Source: Eledone cirrhosa (Eukaryota). Taken from it: a DNA stretch of 64,000 nucleotides. The stretch covers positions 10,664,001 to 10,728,000 of the forward strand of contig OZ024750.1 in NCBI GenBank assembly GCA_964016885.1, read 5' to 3'. Position numbers and translations under genes: made by a program. The notes below the pieces were generated by a model that did no database searches, was not told the origin of the DNA, and saw nothing but the letters and a program-made list of their open reading frames with translations. Shown here in pieces: positions 41,866 to 56,774 of the stretch. The first letter of the stretch is position 1; every line of letters begins with the position of its first letter.

Positions 41866-42616
41866 AAAGAAATATAAATTGAAAGGTAAGGAGAAGAAGG
41901 GAGGGAAACATAAAGATGAGTGGCCTGGAGAGAGTGATACTAGATCTATAGATAATAGGGAGTGATAACCTCTCTCTCTCCCTATTTATCTCTCTCTCTC
42001 TCTATCTATCTGTCTCTCGATGTCTCTCTCTCTCTCTCTCTATATATATATGTCTATCTATCTCTCTCTATATATATATCTATATTGTAAACAGCTGAGA
42101 GACACAATGAGCTTATGATGGCTCAGACACACTTCCTGTTTATAGGTTCCATCAATGTAGAACCACGGATGTGGAATATATTTATATCCTAAACGAAAGC
42201 AATAGCCGCCATATTGTGTATTTGAAAAGTATTCAAATACATAAGAGTGAGGCCATTAAATAAACGAATATAACTTATAGTTTAGACATCGTCAGTCTGA
42301 TTCTTTCCTGCTAAGATTACTAAATACATTTTCATAAAGTGTAAAATGAGCCATCTTTACCTTGCTCTATCATCTGCACTATAATTGATTTAAATTGTAG
42401 AAAGAAAAAAAAAAGAAAAAACGAGGAGAGAGGATAAGGCAAAAAACTAGGGGAAGGCAAAAAATAAAATGAAAGCGACATTCGAAAATAAATAAAGTTT
42501 TTCTTTTAAATTACAGGAGAAAGAAGAGAGGAAAAAGAAACTTTAGACAGTAGCAAATACTATATACGAAAGAGAATATTATATATACGGAGCTAAAATG
42601 GCGAGAAAGAGTAGAG

Positions 42617-42724
<108 letters not shown>

Positions 42725-43214
42725 TATGGAATAAAAACAAAGCAAAGCGATAATTAGGAATGAAAGATAGAATGTAAAGGAGGTGAGTGGGTTTCATGAA
42801 AAAATAAATATATTTAACTGCAGTGTATGTCCAGATGCGTGAAGACATTTCCCTGGTCGTTTGAAGAATTTGCTATATACAATACATAATATTATACATA
42901 TATATATATAAAATACATAATATATATATATATAAAATACATAATATATATATATATATATAAAATACATAATATATTATATATAAGTATTATAGTTCAT
43001 AAAATCACATTTCTCGCCATCTTACGTACGTCGTGACCGCTTCCAGTTCTGCAGACATGTCAAGTGCAATAATACATATTAATGTATTTAATTCATTTTG
43101 AATGTTGTTTGCTTAGTTTAGGAATTTCATGGGTTTTTTTTTCTGTTCAGAAAGGAGTACATACTCGTGTTTATCAGAGGTCGTTTCTAATAACATGCGT
43201 GTTCTGATAATAAT

Positions 43215-43395
43215 TGTTTCTATTTTTGGCACAAGGCTAGCAATTACCCAGTACATTACTGGTACTTTATTTTATCGACCCCGTAAGGATGAAAGGCAAA
43301 GTTAACCTCGGCAGGATTTGAACTCAGATCATAAAGGGACGTAACTCTATGCGTCAAAGCATGGTGTCCGACTCTCTACCGATACTGCCAATCCA
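43215..43395 (-). mobile_element. SINE A
   Basis: TSD gataataat at 43206-43214 and 43396-43404. Confidence 0.85.
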
Positions 43396-43852
43396 GATAA
43401 TAATAATGACGAAGTTGATTTTTATTTACGTAAGCAAACACTGAGAAAAGCTGATATCAATATTGCTATCTTTGCTTCTTTTTTTTCAGAATAATAAACA
43501 ATCAGGTATGTATGACTCACTTAAAAAGGCTTCTAGCACAGGTATCGCTTGATATGTGACATTTTTTCCGATGCATGGCATTGCTGGCCATAGGCAAGCC
43601 CCTAGCAGGACTAAAAAGCCATGTCCATGATGCTCATATTTAAGTATCAGGGGATGGCATTACTTCAAATCGAGTTGCAGCCATCATATGAACTTTACAT
43701 ATATATATATATATATCTTTATATATAAATACACCATTCCCCATGGACTGAGTGCTCTACTACTGCGGATATAACCCACCCGTGTTCTATCACTATATAT
43801 CGAGTACTCTGGTGAGTTATGGTCCACCTCTTTTCTTACCCTATTTCCTTTG

Positions 43853-43903
<51 letters not shown>

Positions 43904-43905
<2 letters not shown>

Positions 43906-44109
43906 AGTAAGTAAGACCCCGACGGCTGAGCTCAAGCCGTTTCGACGGCTAATTCTGTACTCTTTGCTTTTTTTTTCAGAATTAGCCGTCGAAACGGCTT
44001 GAGCTCAGCCGTCGGGGTCTTACTTACTCCTATTACCCACTCTACTACCCTAAGTATTGAGTACTTTGGTGCGTTATGGTCCACCTGGTTCCTTACCACT
44101 TTTCCCTCG

Positions 44110-44110
<1 letters not shown>
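43904..44110 (+). mobile_element. Family B element, complete fold-back form
   Basis: Perfect 54-bp arms 43904-43957 / 43977-44030, tail to 44110. A tail-only variant lies at about 43750-43853. Confidence 0.8.
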
Positions 44111-44159
<49 letters not shown>

Positions 44160-44864
44160 GAAGGAGAGTGTTAGAGAAAGAATGAGGGTTATAAGGGAGT
44201 GACAAAGAAGTGATTGGCTATGTTCTGATATGACGAACATGGAACAGATTTTGACTTGAGTATAGTTTCACCACAAACTACATTGTTAAAATGTATAGGC
44301 TTCTTTTTTTTGTGTCTGCTTGTCATGAACAACCTCTCTTCTATCTTACGCTCAGGCGGTTATTTGTTCATGCATGACATTACAAATAAGCACACAGAGA
44401 AAAAAAAACAAAAAACAAAAAAACAAAAAACAAAAAACAAAAAACAAAACACAAAAAACAAAAAAACAAAAAACAAAAAACAAAAAACAAAACAAAAACA
44501 CACCTACATATGCATTCATGAGTGCATACATGCGTAGATGTATTGTGAACAGGAAGAAATGTTTGCACGGATTGATCAACGTGCCGCTTCTGATATCGTC
44601 TGCATAGACTGGTCAATTAGCAACAACGAATGAGCACTTGGTCGGCCATTTTATTTTATTTATATACTTGTCTCTTTTATCTTTTTGTTGTTGGTGTTGT
44701 TGTTGTTGTTGTTGTAGTTGTTGTTGTAGTTATTGTTGTTGATGTAGCGGTGGTGGTGATGGTGGGTTGAGGGTGAGGGTGGTGGAAGGGTTGACGGTGA
44801 CGGAGATTGTGGTGTTTGCATGGCAAAGTCAATATGTGAATGAATATCTTCTCCGCAAACAAAG

Positions 44865-44923
<59 letters not shown>

Positions 44924-45694
44924 TACACAAGCTCATGCGTATATACACATGTACACACACACTAACACACACGCACACACATTCACACATATGTATATAT
45001 ACATATATGTATGTATATACATACCTATATATATATATATGTGTGTGTTCGTTTGTGTACACGCCAACACATACTTACATACATTCATACATACAGATAT
45101 ATATATACATACAACCACACACATACGCATACATATATACAAATATATATATATACACACACACACTCGCATGCACACATACAAGTATATACACACACAC
45201 ACCCATACATACATACAAATATATATACACATACATACACATACAAATATACATATATACATACAAATATATATATATATATATACACACACACGCATAC
45301 ACACACAAACAAATATATATATACACACACGCACATACGTACATATAAATATATATATACACACACACATACATACAAATATATATACACACACACACAC
45401 ATACGTAGATACAAATATATACACACACACACACACAAATATATACACACACACACAGACATACAAATATATTTACACACACACACATACACATACACAC
45501 AAACGCACACATATATATATACTTACATGTGTATATACACACACACAAATATATACATATACACATATACATACATACATGTATACACACACACACACAA
45601 ATATATACATATACACATATACATACATACATGTATACACACACACACACAAATATATACACACACACACACACATATATACACACACACACAC

Positions 45695-45725
<31 letters not shown>

Positions 45726-45726
45726 T

Positions 45727-45773
<47 letters not shown>

Positions 45774-46439
45774 CAGGAGTGCTGAAAATATGATGGAACG
45801 GCAATTATGTCGAAGATTTTTTGGTGGTGATGCTGGTGGTTTAGTTGTTGAACCTCACCCTCCGGGCCATGTCATCAATGTCTCACTACTGTAGTGAAAC
45901 AAGATGATACAAATTAAATCAACTGGACTACAATCAAATGTCTAAAACAACCTCTAATAGGATCTCTTCGACGACCTATCTGTGGAAAAATAAATGCTTG
46001 GTGGAAAAGTGTGGAAATGTCATGTTTTACAGTATTGGTAATCATAAAATAGCTATGTTCAGATGTTCTGTTTAGATGGTAGTCAATATCGATATTTAGA
46101 TTTAGTGTAATACATATATACTTACACACACATGTACACACATGCACATACACACATGTACATACACACATGTACATACACACATGTACATACACACATG
46201 TACATACGCACATGTACATACGTACATGTACATAAACACATGTACATACACACAGAAATTAGTCTACGTACATACATGCATATACACACAGACACAGGTA
46301 CACATACACAATTGTACATACACACATGTACAAAAACATACAGATATACACACACTATCTTTAGCCAGTATGTTTAGAGCTCTTAGTGCAAGCCAAGAGA
46401 TACTTAGTTTCAATTTGGTTCTCACATTATTATTATAGA

Positions 46440-46707
46440 AGCGGTAGAGCGTCAGAGAACATGCTTTGTAGTATAAAATTACGGATCACATCCTACCAAG
46501 GTTAGCTTTGCCTTTCATCCTTACGGGGTCGATAAAATAAAGTACCGGTAATGCACTGGGGTCAATTTAATCGACTTTTCCCTCTCTCCCCAAAAGTGCT
46601 GGCCTTGTGCCTAAATCAGAACCATTATATTACGGGGTCGATAAAATAAAGTACCAGTAATGTACTGGGTGATTTGCTGGCTTTGTGCCAAACGTAGAAA
46701 CAATTAT
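46440..46707 (+). mobile_element. SINE A long copy plus appended short 3' fragment
   Basis: 46440-46630 is the long variant; 46630-46707 is a second 3' half inserted at its (ATT) tail. Confidence 0.7.
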
Positions 46708-46721
46708 ATATATATATATAT

Positions 46722-46901
46722 AAGAAACAAGGAGATGTGTGGTTACTTGATAAAGTGTATTTAGAAATAAAAGGAAAGCACAAACGGGGGACAGTCCCTT
46801 CTTCAGTTGTTTGTTGGAGATCAAGGACAATTCAACGTATATGTTCGTGATCTCCAGCAAACAACTGAAGAAGGGACTGTCCCCCGTTTGTACTTTCCTT
46901 T

Positions 46902-46908
<7 letters not shown>
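46722..46908 (-). mobile_element. Fold-back element (family H)
   Basis: About 61-bp arms 46763-46823 / 46848-46908 with a 24-nt loop. Related fragments at about 18550-18605 and 18663-18715. Confidence 0.6.
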
Positions 46909-46973
<65 letters not shown>

Positions 46974-47221
46974 GTGTGTAAAATAACTGTACATACAACG
47001 CCATATACACTACGATCTATCAATGTAATACACAGGTATACGTACCACGTGCCACTCATATGGTCATATCTTATAAATCAATTTCTAGAAATCTTAGCGA
47101 AATCACAGAAGTTAAGACCTCGATACAACAAATATAATAAACAATACAAAACTTTAAAAAATAAAATCTAAAATAAATATATATATATATATAACAAAAA
47201 AATAAAATAGTGGAAAATAAT

Positions 47222-47843
47222 TGTTTCTACTTTTGGCACAAGGCCAGCAATTATCCCAGTGTATCACTGGTACTTTATTTTATCGACCCTGTAAGGATGA
47301 AAGGCAAAGTTAACCTCGGCAGGATTTGAACACAGGTCATAAAGGGAGGTAACTCTATGCTTCAAAGCATGGTGTCCGACCCTCTACCGATACTGCCAAT
47401 CCACCACCCATAGTGGAAAATAATTGTTTCTACTTTTGGCACAAGACCAGCAATTATCCAAGTGTATTACTGGTACTTTATTTTATCGACCCCGTAAGGA
47501 TGAAAGGCAAAGTTAACCTCGGCGGGATTTGAACTCAGATCGTTAAGGGACGTAACTATGCTGGAAAGCATGGCGTCCGACCCTCTACCGATTCTACCGC
47601 CAAATCCACCCATAGTGGAAAATAATGGTTTCTTATATAAGCACAAGGCCATCAATTTTGGGGAAGGGGAAAGTCGATTAAATCGACCCCAGTGCGTGAC
47701 TGGTACTTTATTTTATCGACCCCGTAAGGATGAAAGGCAAAGTTATCCTCGGCGGGATTTGAACTCAGATAATAAAGGGCCATAACTCTATGCTGCAAAG
47801 CATGGCGTCCGACCCTCTACCGATACTGGCAATCAACCGCCCT
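47222..47843 (-). mobile_element. Triple SINE A array at one target site
   Basis: Copies 47222-47409, 47425-47611 and 47627-47843, separated and flanked by atagtgga(a/g)aataat at 47207, 47410, 47612 and 47856. Confidence 0.9.
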
Positions 47844-48385
47844 TAAAAAAAATATATAGTGGAGAATAATAGAACATAAAAATTATATAGAAGCAATGTT
47901 TTATCAATTTGCTGGGCAGATTTTGACATGATCTTTATGGTGTTCAGTGTGAGAGTACGGAAATAGAATTGATCTGTTATTCTATAATGATGGCGTTGAA
48001 ACAAAGCGACCGTCACAAAGTATGTATATAATTGTAACACATCTGCTTAGGACCCGCATGAAGCAGGATCTTCAATTCATTGATTCTTAATGTCTGTGCA
48101 GTATGCATGGCTAATATATGTGTGTATGTATATGTGTGTATGTATATGTGTGTATGTATATGTGTGTATGTATATGTGTATGTATATGTGTATGTGCTGG
48201 AGAAGAGACGTATAAGAGCGATGTATGTATGTATGTATGTATGTATGTATGTATGTATGTATGTATGTATGTATGTATGTATGTATGTATGTATGTATGT
48301 ATTCTTGCGTGTATGCATGCATGTGCATGTATGTGCACGCGCCCGTGTTTGTATATATGTGTGTGTATGTACTGGAGACGCATGT

Positions 48386-48419
<34 letters not shown>

Positions 48420-48748
48420 TGTGTGTATATATATATATGTATATATATGTATATATATATATGTATATATATATATGTATATATATATGTATATATATAT
48501 GTATGTAATTATGTATGTATGTATGTATGTATGTAATTTTTGTATATATGTATGTATGTATATATGTATGTAATTATGTATGTATGTATGTATGTATGTA
48601 TGTATGTATGTATGTATGTATGTATGTATGTTAGCTATGTATGTATGTATGTATGTATGTTAGCTATGTATGTATGTATGTATGTATCTATTTGAGTATA
48701 TGGCGAAGTATGTATTCATGAATGTATGCATGCATGTGCCTGCATGTG

Positions 48749-48847
<99 letters not shown>

Positions 48848-49009
48848 TGTCTCCAGCCATTATATCTGTAAGAACGCTAGATGTAGCCGCCAGGCGTCCC
48901 AGTTTTATGTTATTGATGTTAATATCATTGTTATTACCTTCATTATCATCATCGACGTCATCCCCTTTCCGACACTCATCTTCCTTCTCATTGTCATAAT
49001 TATCATATA

Positions 49010-50165
49010 CTCACCAACACCAACACCAACACTATCACCAACACCACTACCGACAGCAGCACTATCACCAACACCAACACGAGCACCACTACCGACACCA
49101 CTACCACCACCAACACCAACACCAGCACCACTACCTTCACCAACACCAACACCAACACCACTACCAACACCAACACGAACACCACCACCAACACCAGCAC
49201 CAACACCACCACCACTACCAACACCAACACCACCACCAACACCAGCACCAACACCAACACCAACACCACTACCAACACCAACACGAACACCACCACCAAC
49301 ACCAACACCAACACCACCACCACTACCAACACCAACACCACCACCAACACCAGCACCAACACCAACACCAACACGAGCACCACCACCAACACCACTACCA
49401 ACACCACCACCACTATCAACACCAGCACCACTACCAACACCACTACCAACACCACCACCACTATCAACACCACCACCACCACCAACACCATCACCAACAC
49501 GAGCACCACCACCAACACCACTACCAACACCACCACCACTATCAACACCAACACCACCACCAACACCAGCACCACCACCAACACCACCACCAACAACACC
49601 AACACCAACACCAACACCACCACCAACATAGCCATCATTATCCCAATTTCCACCAACACGCCATCATCTCCGTTATCCCAAACACCATCATTATCACCAC
49701 CACTAACATCATCATTATCACCATCACTAACATCACCACTATCATCATCACCACCACCTCCAACACCACCACTAACACCACCATTATCACCATCATTATC
49801 ACCACCCCCAACACCACCACTATCACTCCCCAACACCACCACCATCCCCAACACCACCTCTATCACCCCCAACACCACCACTATCACTCCCCAACACCAC
49901 CACCATCCCCAACACCACCTCTATCACCCCCCAACACCACCACCACTATCACTCCCCAACACCACCACCATCCCAAAACACCACCACTATCACCCCCCAA
50001 CACCACCACCATCCCCAACACCACCACTATCACCCCCAACACCACCACCATCCCCAACAACACCACTATTACCCCCCAACCCCACCACCACTATCACCCC
50101 CCAACACCACCACCATCCCCAACACCACCACCACCACCATCATCCCCACCACACACCCCACCACC
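49010..50165. repeat. (CCA/ACA)-based compound minisatellite
   Basis: Direct. Confidence 0.9.
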
Positions 50166-50613
50166 CCTTCACCTTTCGACGAACATTAAAACTGATTTTA
50201 AAAATCATGTCAACAGAAGTACTTGACCAAAAGCCTCCAAGACCCTGGTGTTGTGGTGTTGCATAGAATAAAGGTAATTGACCCAGACAGGGAGTGAAAG
50301 AAGAGAGAATAGAAAGAACGGGGAATATTAGAAGGCAAGTAGGAGGTGGTGGTGGTGGGGTGGTGGTGGTGGTGGTGGGGTGGGGGAAGACTGAATATAA
50401 CAATGAGGCAGGGGACGAGAATAGTGAGGATTTGTTTTGGGTGGGGTGGGGTGGGGGGGAATTGAACGGTACACAAATACACACATACATATACATATAT
50501 ATATATATATATACACGAACACACACACATACATACATACATATGTGTGTGTGTGTGTATGTGTACATATATTCACGTGTATATTTACATATACATACAC
50601 GATATATATGAAT

Positions 50614-50681
<68 letters not shown>

Positions 50682-50756
50682 AGAAATATAGAGACAGAGA
50701 AATAGAGAGAAGTTTGGAGAGAGGAGATAGAGACAGAGAAATAGAGAGAGAAGGTT

Positions 50757-50834
<78 letters not shown>

Positions 50835-51281
50835 TAGGGAGAGAGAGGTTCAGAGAGAGAAGACAGGCAGAGGGATGGACATTAGAAATATAGTAACGAT
50901 AGGATAGAGAACGAGATTGAAAAAGAAAATGAAAAGAAAGACAGAGTGAGTCACAATAGAAATACAGACACTAGAGAGAGAGAGAGAGGGAGAGAGAGAG
51001 AAGGAGAGAAAGAGATAGAGAAGGAGAGAAAGAGATAGAGAAGGAGAGAGAGAGAGAGAGAGAGAGATGTATATAGAATATTCTTTAAGGTTCTAGAAAA
51101 AAAGAGTTAAAAGAAAGTTTACGTTAGAAGGTTAATATATTATCTCCCTTGTCTTACCTCTTGCTTTTCGTCTTCCAACTTTCGTTATCAGACATTTTAT
51201 ATTTTTTCTGTCTTGTATTCTTCCTCCTGCGTTCTCATTGATACCGTAATAAACATGAGATAGAATGCTAATAATAATAAT

Positions 51282-51985
51282 TGTTTCTACGTTTGGCACA
51301 AGGCCAGCAATTACCCAGTGCATTACTGGTACTTTATTTTATCGACCCCGTAAGGATGAAAGGCAAAGTTAACCTCGGCGAGATTTGAACTCAGAATGGC
51401 AAGGGCCGTAACTCTATACGTCAAAGCATGGCGTCCGACCCTCTACCGATACTGCCAATCCATAATAATAATAGTTTCTACTTTTGGCACAAAGTCAGCA
51501 AGTATGCCAGCGCATTACTGGTACTTTATTTTATCAACCCCGTAAGGATGAAAGGCAAAATTAACCTCTGCAGGATTTGAACTCATAAAAATGGTTTCCA
51601 ATTTAGACACAAGACCAACAATTTTGGGGAAGGGGAAAGTCGATGAAATCGGCACCAGTGCATTACTGGTACTTTATTATATAGACCACGTAAGGATGAA
51701 AGGCAAAACTAACCTTGGCAGGATATGAACTCAGAACGTAAAGGGACGTAAATAAATACCACAAAGCTTGTCGGACGCTCTACCGATCATTGCCAATCCA
51801 CCGATAATAATAATAATAATTGTTTCTACTTTCGGCATAAGGCCAGCAATTACACAGTACATTACTGGTACTTTATTTTATCGACCCTGTAAGGATGAAA
51901 GGCAAAGTTAACTCAGACCGTAAAGGGAAGTAACTATGCTAGGAAGCATGGCGTCCGACCCTCTACCGATTACTGTCAATTCACC
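51282..51985 (-). mobile_element. Cluster of four SINE A copies
   Basis: About 51282-51461, 51473-51586, 51593-51803 (long, older) and 51821-51985, mostly separated by (AAT)n. Confidence 0.8.
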
Positions 51986-52172
51986 AATAATAAAACTGAT
52001 ATGATTTATTGGTGACAACGTCCCAAGACATTAGATACAATACTGGGACGACTAACAACATTGAATGGACAACAACAACGACAACAACAACAATGGGAAA
52101 CAATATGTACAACAACAACAACAGACATGTACCAGGGTGGATTTAACTGAATTGTTGGCTTTGTGTTTTGAC

Positions 52173-52173
52173 A

Positions 52174-52205
<32 letters not shown>

Positions 52206-52700
52206 ATGGTGGTGATGATGATGATAGTGGTGGCGATGATGGTGATGGTGATGATGGTGGTGGTGATGATCATGATGACGATGGTGATGGCGATGATGAT
52301 TATGATGGTGGCGATGATGATGATGATGGTGGTGGCGATGATGATGATGATGGTGGTGGCGATGATGATGGTGATGGTGATGATGATGGTGGTGATGATC
52401 ATGATGACGATGGTGATGACGATGATGATTATGATGGTGGCGATGATGATGATGGTGGTGATGATCATGATGACGATGGTGAGGACGATGGTGGTGATGA
52501 CGATGGTGATGATGATGATGGCGATGGTGATGGTGATGGTGGTGATGATCATGATGACGATGGTGATGCCGATGATGACTATGATGGTGGTGAGGACGAT
52601 GGTGGTGATGATCATGATGACGATGGTGAGGACGATGGTGGTGATGACGATGGTGGTGGTAATGGTGATGATGATGATCATCATCATCATCATCACAGCC
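52173..52700. repeat. (GAT/GGT)n compound microsatellite
   Basis: Direct. Confidence 0.9.
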
Positions 52701-53719
52701 CACCCCCTCCTCCTCCTCATCATCATCATCCTTATTGTTATTACAATTGTTGTTGTTTATGTTATTATTATCACGATGACGATATGGAAAATCAAATCGA
52801 TAAATCAAATAGTCAAACAGTTAGAGTCATCTCAACCGACACCGCCCTCTCCACCCTTGAATTTCCGGTTTTCTACGTCTATAATAGAAATCGTTATTAA
52901 TCTATTTATCTATCTATTTATTGAAGCCTTGATAAAGATATTCAAGTATTTTTCTAATAAATAGTTATCGATATTTTCTTTATTGCTCATCTATGTTCGT
53001 CAAATTGTTCGTTCATTATATTTTGTTTTTATTGTCAGACATTGTTGATCGCGCTGTGTTTTCTTAGAATGAACTATTTCAAACAGAAACGGTTATACAC
53101 GTTGAAACATAATACATAGGAGAACTAACACAATAGGAAAACTAACACTAAATAATGTCCCAGGTGTAAAAGATCGTTATACACAATCTCCTTCCCCTAT
53201 CTAGAAATAATACATCATTTTACATTAACAAAAGCCGACATATATATATATATACAATAATAGAATTAGTCAATCGAGAGAAAATTAGTACGAACATCTC
53301 TAGTCGTATCTTTAGTGAGGAAGATAAAGCTATTATTGTTTATATCCCTAAGGTTTACAGATTTATCAACAGGAGGCGGTATAGGGTTTGATTTTATACA
53401 CAAACATACACCCACGCGTACAAACACATATACATCGTCTAGACACACATATATATATACGCGTATGTTAACATTCACACACATATACAGACACATGTGT
53501 GTGTGTGACGATACATATACAGACACAGGTGTATGTGTGTGGATTGTCAATATTTGAGATCACCTTTATATACACACACACGTATATAATATATATATTT
53601 CTTTAACATTCACATATACCAGCGATACTCGTGGAAACTTCACGGGAAACATGAATGGTTCATCTTCACGATGAAGCCATAAAACAATCTAGAAATATAT
53701 GTTGTATGCAATAATAATA

Positions 53720-53913
53720 GCTTCTGATTTAAGCACAAGATCAACAATATTTGGGTGGGGGCGATTAAATCAAACCCAGTACGTTACTGGTAGTTTATTT
53801 TATCGACCTCGTAAGGATGAAAAGCAGGACTTCAACTCAGAACTTAAAGGGCCATAGCTATATGCCACAAAGTATGTTATCTGTCACTCTAACAACTCAT
53901 CTAGCCCACTACC
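53720..53913 (-). mobile_element. SINE A, degenerate long copy
   Basis: actggtagtttattttatcgacctcgtaaggatgaaa...aactcagaac. Confidence 0.65.
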
Positions 53914-53936
53914 ATATATATATATATATATATATA

Positions 53937-54139
53937 GGAACGAGTAGGACCCCGACGGCTGAGCTCAAGCTGTTTTGACGGCTAATTCTGGACTAAAATT
54001 TTAGTCCAGAATTAGTCGTCGAAACAGCTTGAGCTCAGCCGTCGGGGTCCTACTCGTTCCTATTACCCACTCTACTACCCTAAGTATTGAGTACTTTGGT
54101 ACGTTATGGTCCATCTGGTTCCGTACCACATTTCCTTCG

Positions 54140-54140
<1 letters not shown>
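53937..54140 (+). mobile_element. Family B element, loop-less 124-bp palindrome
   Basis: Near-perfect palindrome 53937-54060 centred on ctaaaa|ttttag, followed by an 80-nt tail and (TA)n. Confidence 0.8.
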
Positions 54141-54172
<32 letters not shown>

Positions 54173-54307
54173 GTATAAATAGTGCAGTATATTATATGCA
54201 GTTGTATACAATATAATATTAAATTATAAACTATAGTGCTGCTTATATATACACAAATATATATCTATATATATCCTGACGTGAACTCGCTGTCATACAG
54301 ATTGCGT

Positions 54308-54353
<46 letters not shown>

Positions 54354-54990
54354 TGGTGTGTGTGTCTGTGTGTATGCATGTATGTGTGTATGTAAGTGTC
54401 TGTGTGTGTCTATATGTATATGAATATACATTAAAACATTTTATGTTCCTTTCACCCGAATCACTAACAAGTATGGCTGATCCTCAAATAAAGTGAACTA
54501 TAACATATAATTCCCGACAGAGGCAATAGTTATTGTCACCAGCAGCATCCATTAAAATTGTTGAACAACTGTGATACGGGTTAATTTACTGGAGAATATC
54601 TTGAATTAGAATCGACGTGATAATTTCACTCATTTTATCAGCTTTGTTCAATCAACCGATTACTATGTAAATTAAATTGATTTTTCATTGCATTTTATGG
54701 CTAATTTTTATTATTATTAATATTATTGATATTATTATTGAATTAATGAGTGTCGTACATAATACCTTGTGGTGTTTATATTTCGAGGGCAAATAAAAAT
54801 AATTTTTCTTCCTTTCCTCATAAGACAAAATTGACCTCAGCTGGTTTTGAACTCAGAAATGACAAGAGACGTAAATATATATTTTTTGGCAACTTGTCCC
54901 CCATTTGAACGATTCTGCTGATCCACCGACATTTGTCTGACAATTAATATTTATGGGGTGATAAAATAAAGTACCAGTAACGCACTGGTG

Positions 54991-55025
<35 letters not shown>

Positions 55026-55135
55026 AGACAAACACGCAATACATGCATTTATATACATATATTCAGACACATTACTCACATATGGATACAATAACATATG
55101 TTAACATATACATAATATATATATATATATTTACA

Positions 55136-55167
<32 letters not shown>

Positions 55168-55178
55168 CATACATATTT

Positions 55179-55216
<38 letters not shown>

Positions 55217-55223
55217 TTACATA

Positions 55224-55254
<31 letters not shown>

Positions 55255-56047
55255 GTAAATATATATATATGTATATATATATGTAAATATATATATATGT
55301 AAATATATATATATATATATATATATATTTACATATATATATATTTACATATATATATATATTTACATATATATATATATTTACATATATATATATATTT
55401 ACATATATATATATATATTTACATATATATATATATATATATGTAAATATATATATATATATATATATATGTACATATATATATATATGTACACACACAC
55501 ACACACATATATATATATGTATATAAATATATATACACACACATACATACATATATACAGTTGACAGGAAGGAACAATTTGATTCGAATGGGCAACTTAT
55601 ATCAGCACAGTAACTAATACGACAAAATAACTTATCGTTCACCTCTAAATACCTTATTATATCGTTAGACCAAACATTACAAATAGGAATCTTAACAGTA
55701 CATACAATTCTTAATAGTACCAATATTGTTATATTTTCATTTTTCTTACATCGCCTCCTATTAATCATCACCCCTGTCCAACTAGGAGGGGAAAAAATCA
55801 CCACTTAACACAAATTACAAAAATTTAATATAAAACCTTACGGCACCATCGAAATTTGGTTACATTTTCTTTTCGTTTTTTTCTTTCTTAGCTGAAAGAA
55901 TACGGTTATCGATATGAAGTCATTATATCTACAAACAACATATAATTATATATATTAAAACTGAACGACAATTTCTACAAAATAGAATACATTCTATTTA
56001 TTTACTTTTAAATGCTAAAACGGAAGTATTTATTTATACATACGTAC

Positions 56048-56143
<96 letters not shown>

Positions 56144-56234
56144 AAAATCGGAATTAAAGTATTCCGCAGTTCACAGTAATAATAATAATAGCTCGAAGAA
56201 GAACAGAAATTTCTGTAACATACTTCTCTCTGTG

Positions 56235-56275
<41 letters not shown>

Positions 56276-56288
56276 TACATATATTTTT

Positions 56289-56549
56289 CTAGGGCGGGTA
56301 AAATTCCCAAGATCCATGGACGAGTTCTCTCCAGCGGCCCCTGGCCCTCATTATCGCTGCCATGTCCTGCGTCTCCAACAGACCAGTGTCTGTCCTTAGG
56401 GCATCAACATACATTAACCCCGGCCTTCCTCTTCCAGTGTGTCCATGCAGGGGCTCCCACAGGAGCACTGAGTGCAGTGTCAACTCTGGATGTCGGTGAG
56501 CATGTCCAGCTAACCTCAGTCTCCTCTGTGTCACTTTTGAGCTGACTTT
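56289..56549 (-). mobile_element. RTE-like LINE 3' fragment (ORF C-terminus)
   Basis: Translates RRLRLAGHAHRHPE...VLLWEPLHGHTGRGRP...DALRTDTG...MRARGRWRELV*, the typical RTE-clade C-terminal pattern (GH..R, W.p, GRP, R..W). Confidence 0.8.
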
Positions 56550-56580
56550 TGTATATATAAATATAAACACATACATATAT

Positions 56581-56618
<38 letters not shown>

Positions 56619-56621
<3 letters not shown>

Positions 56622-56774
56622 TATCTCGGGTTCAGTCGGGGTTTACCACAGTAAGTAAGGTACTCAATACATAGCAGAGTATAAATATTTAATATAGAAA
56701 TGGCTTCTACAGGACTAGAACTGTTTCATTCGGGAGAAATTATCAGAAAGCTTCCTGATGATTTCTCCCGAATG
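56619..56774 (-). mobile_element. Family C element with short fold-back
   Basis: Tail and arm are homologous to 35362-35490. Palindrome cattcgggagaaattatcagaaag|cttcctgatgatttctcccgaatg. Starts at a (TA)n tract. Confidence 0.7.

Noticed and set aside
42205-42215. YY1-like motif GCCGCCATATT (and a partial CTCF-like motif at about 58532)
   Set aside because: Short motifs expected by chance, with no supporting context.
47207-47870. CRISPR-like repeat-spacer pattern
   Set aside because: The 'spacers' are homologous SINE copies of about 190-220 bp and the repeats are TSDs; the context is eukaryotic and there are no cas genes.
48726-49631. Pro/Thr-rich extensin-like ORF (also the His-rich 52143-52808 and Asp/Gly-rich 62981-63490 ORFs)
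   Set aside because: These are triplet-repeat tracts open in several frames and strands; the first starts inside dinucleotide repeats.
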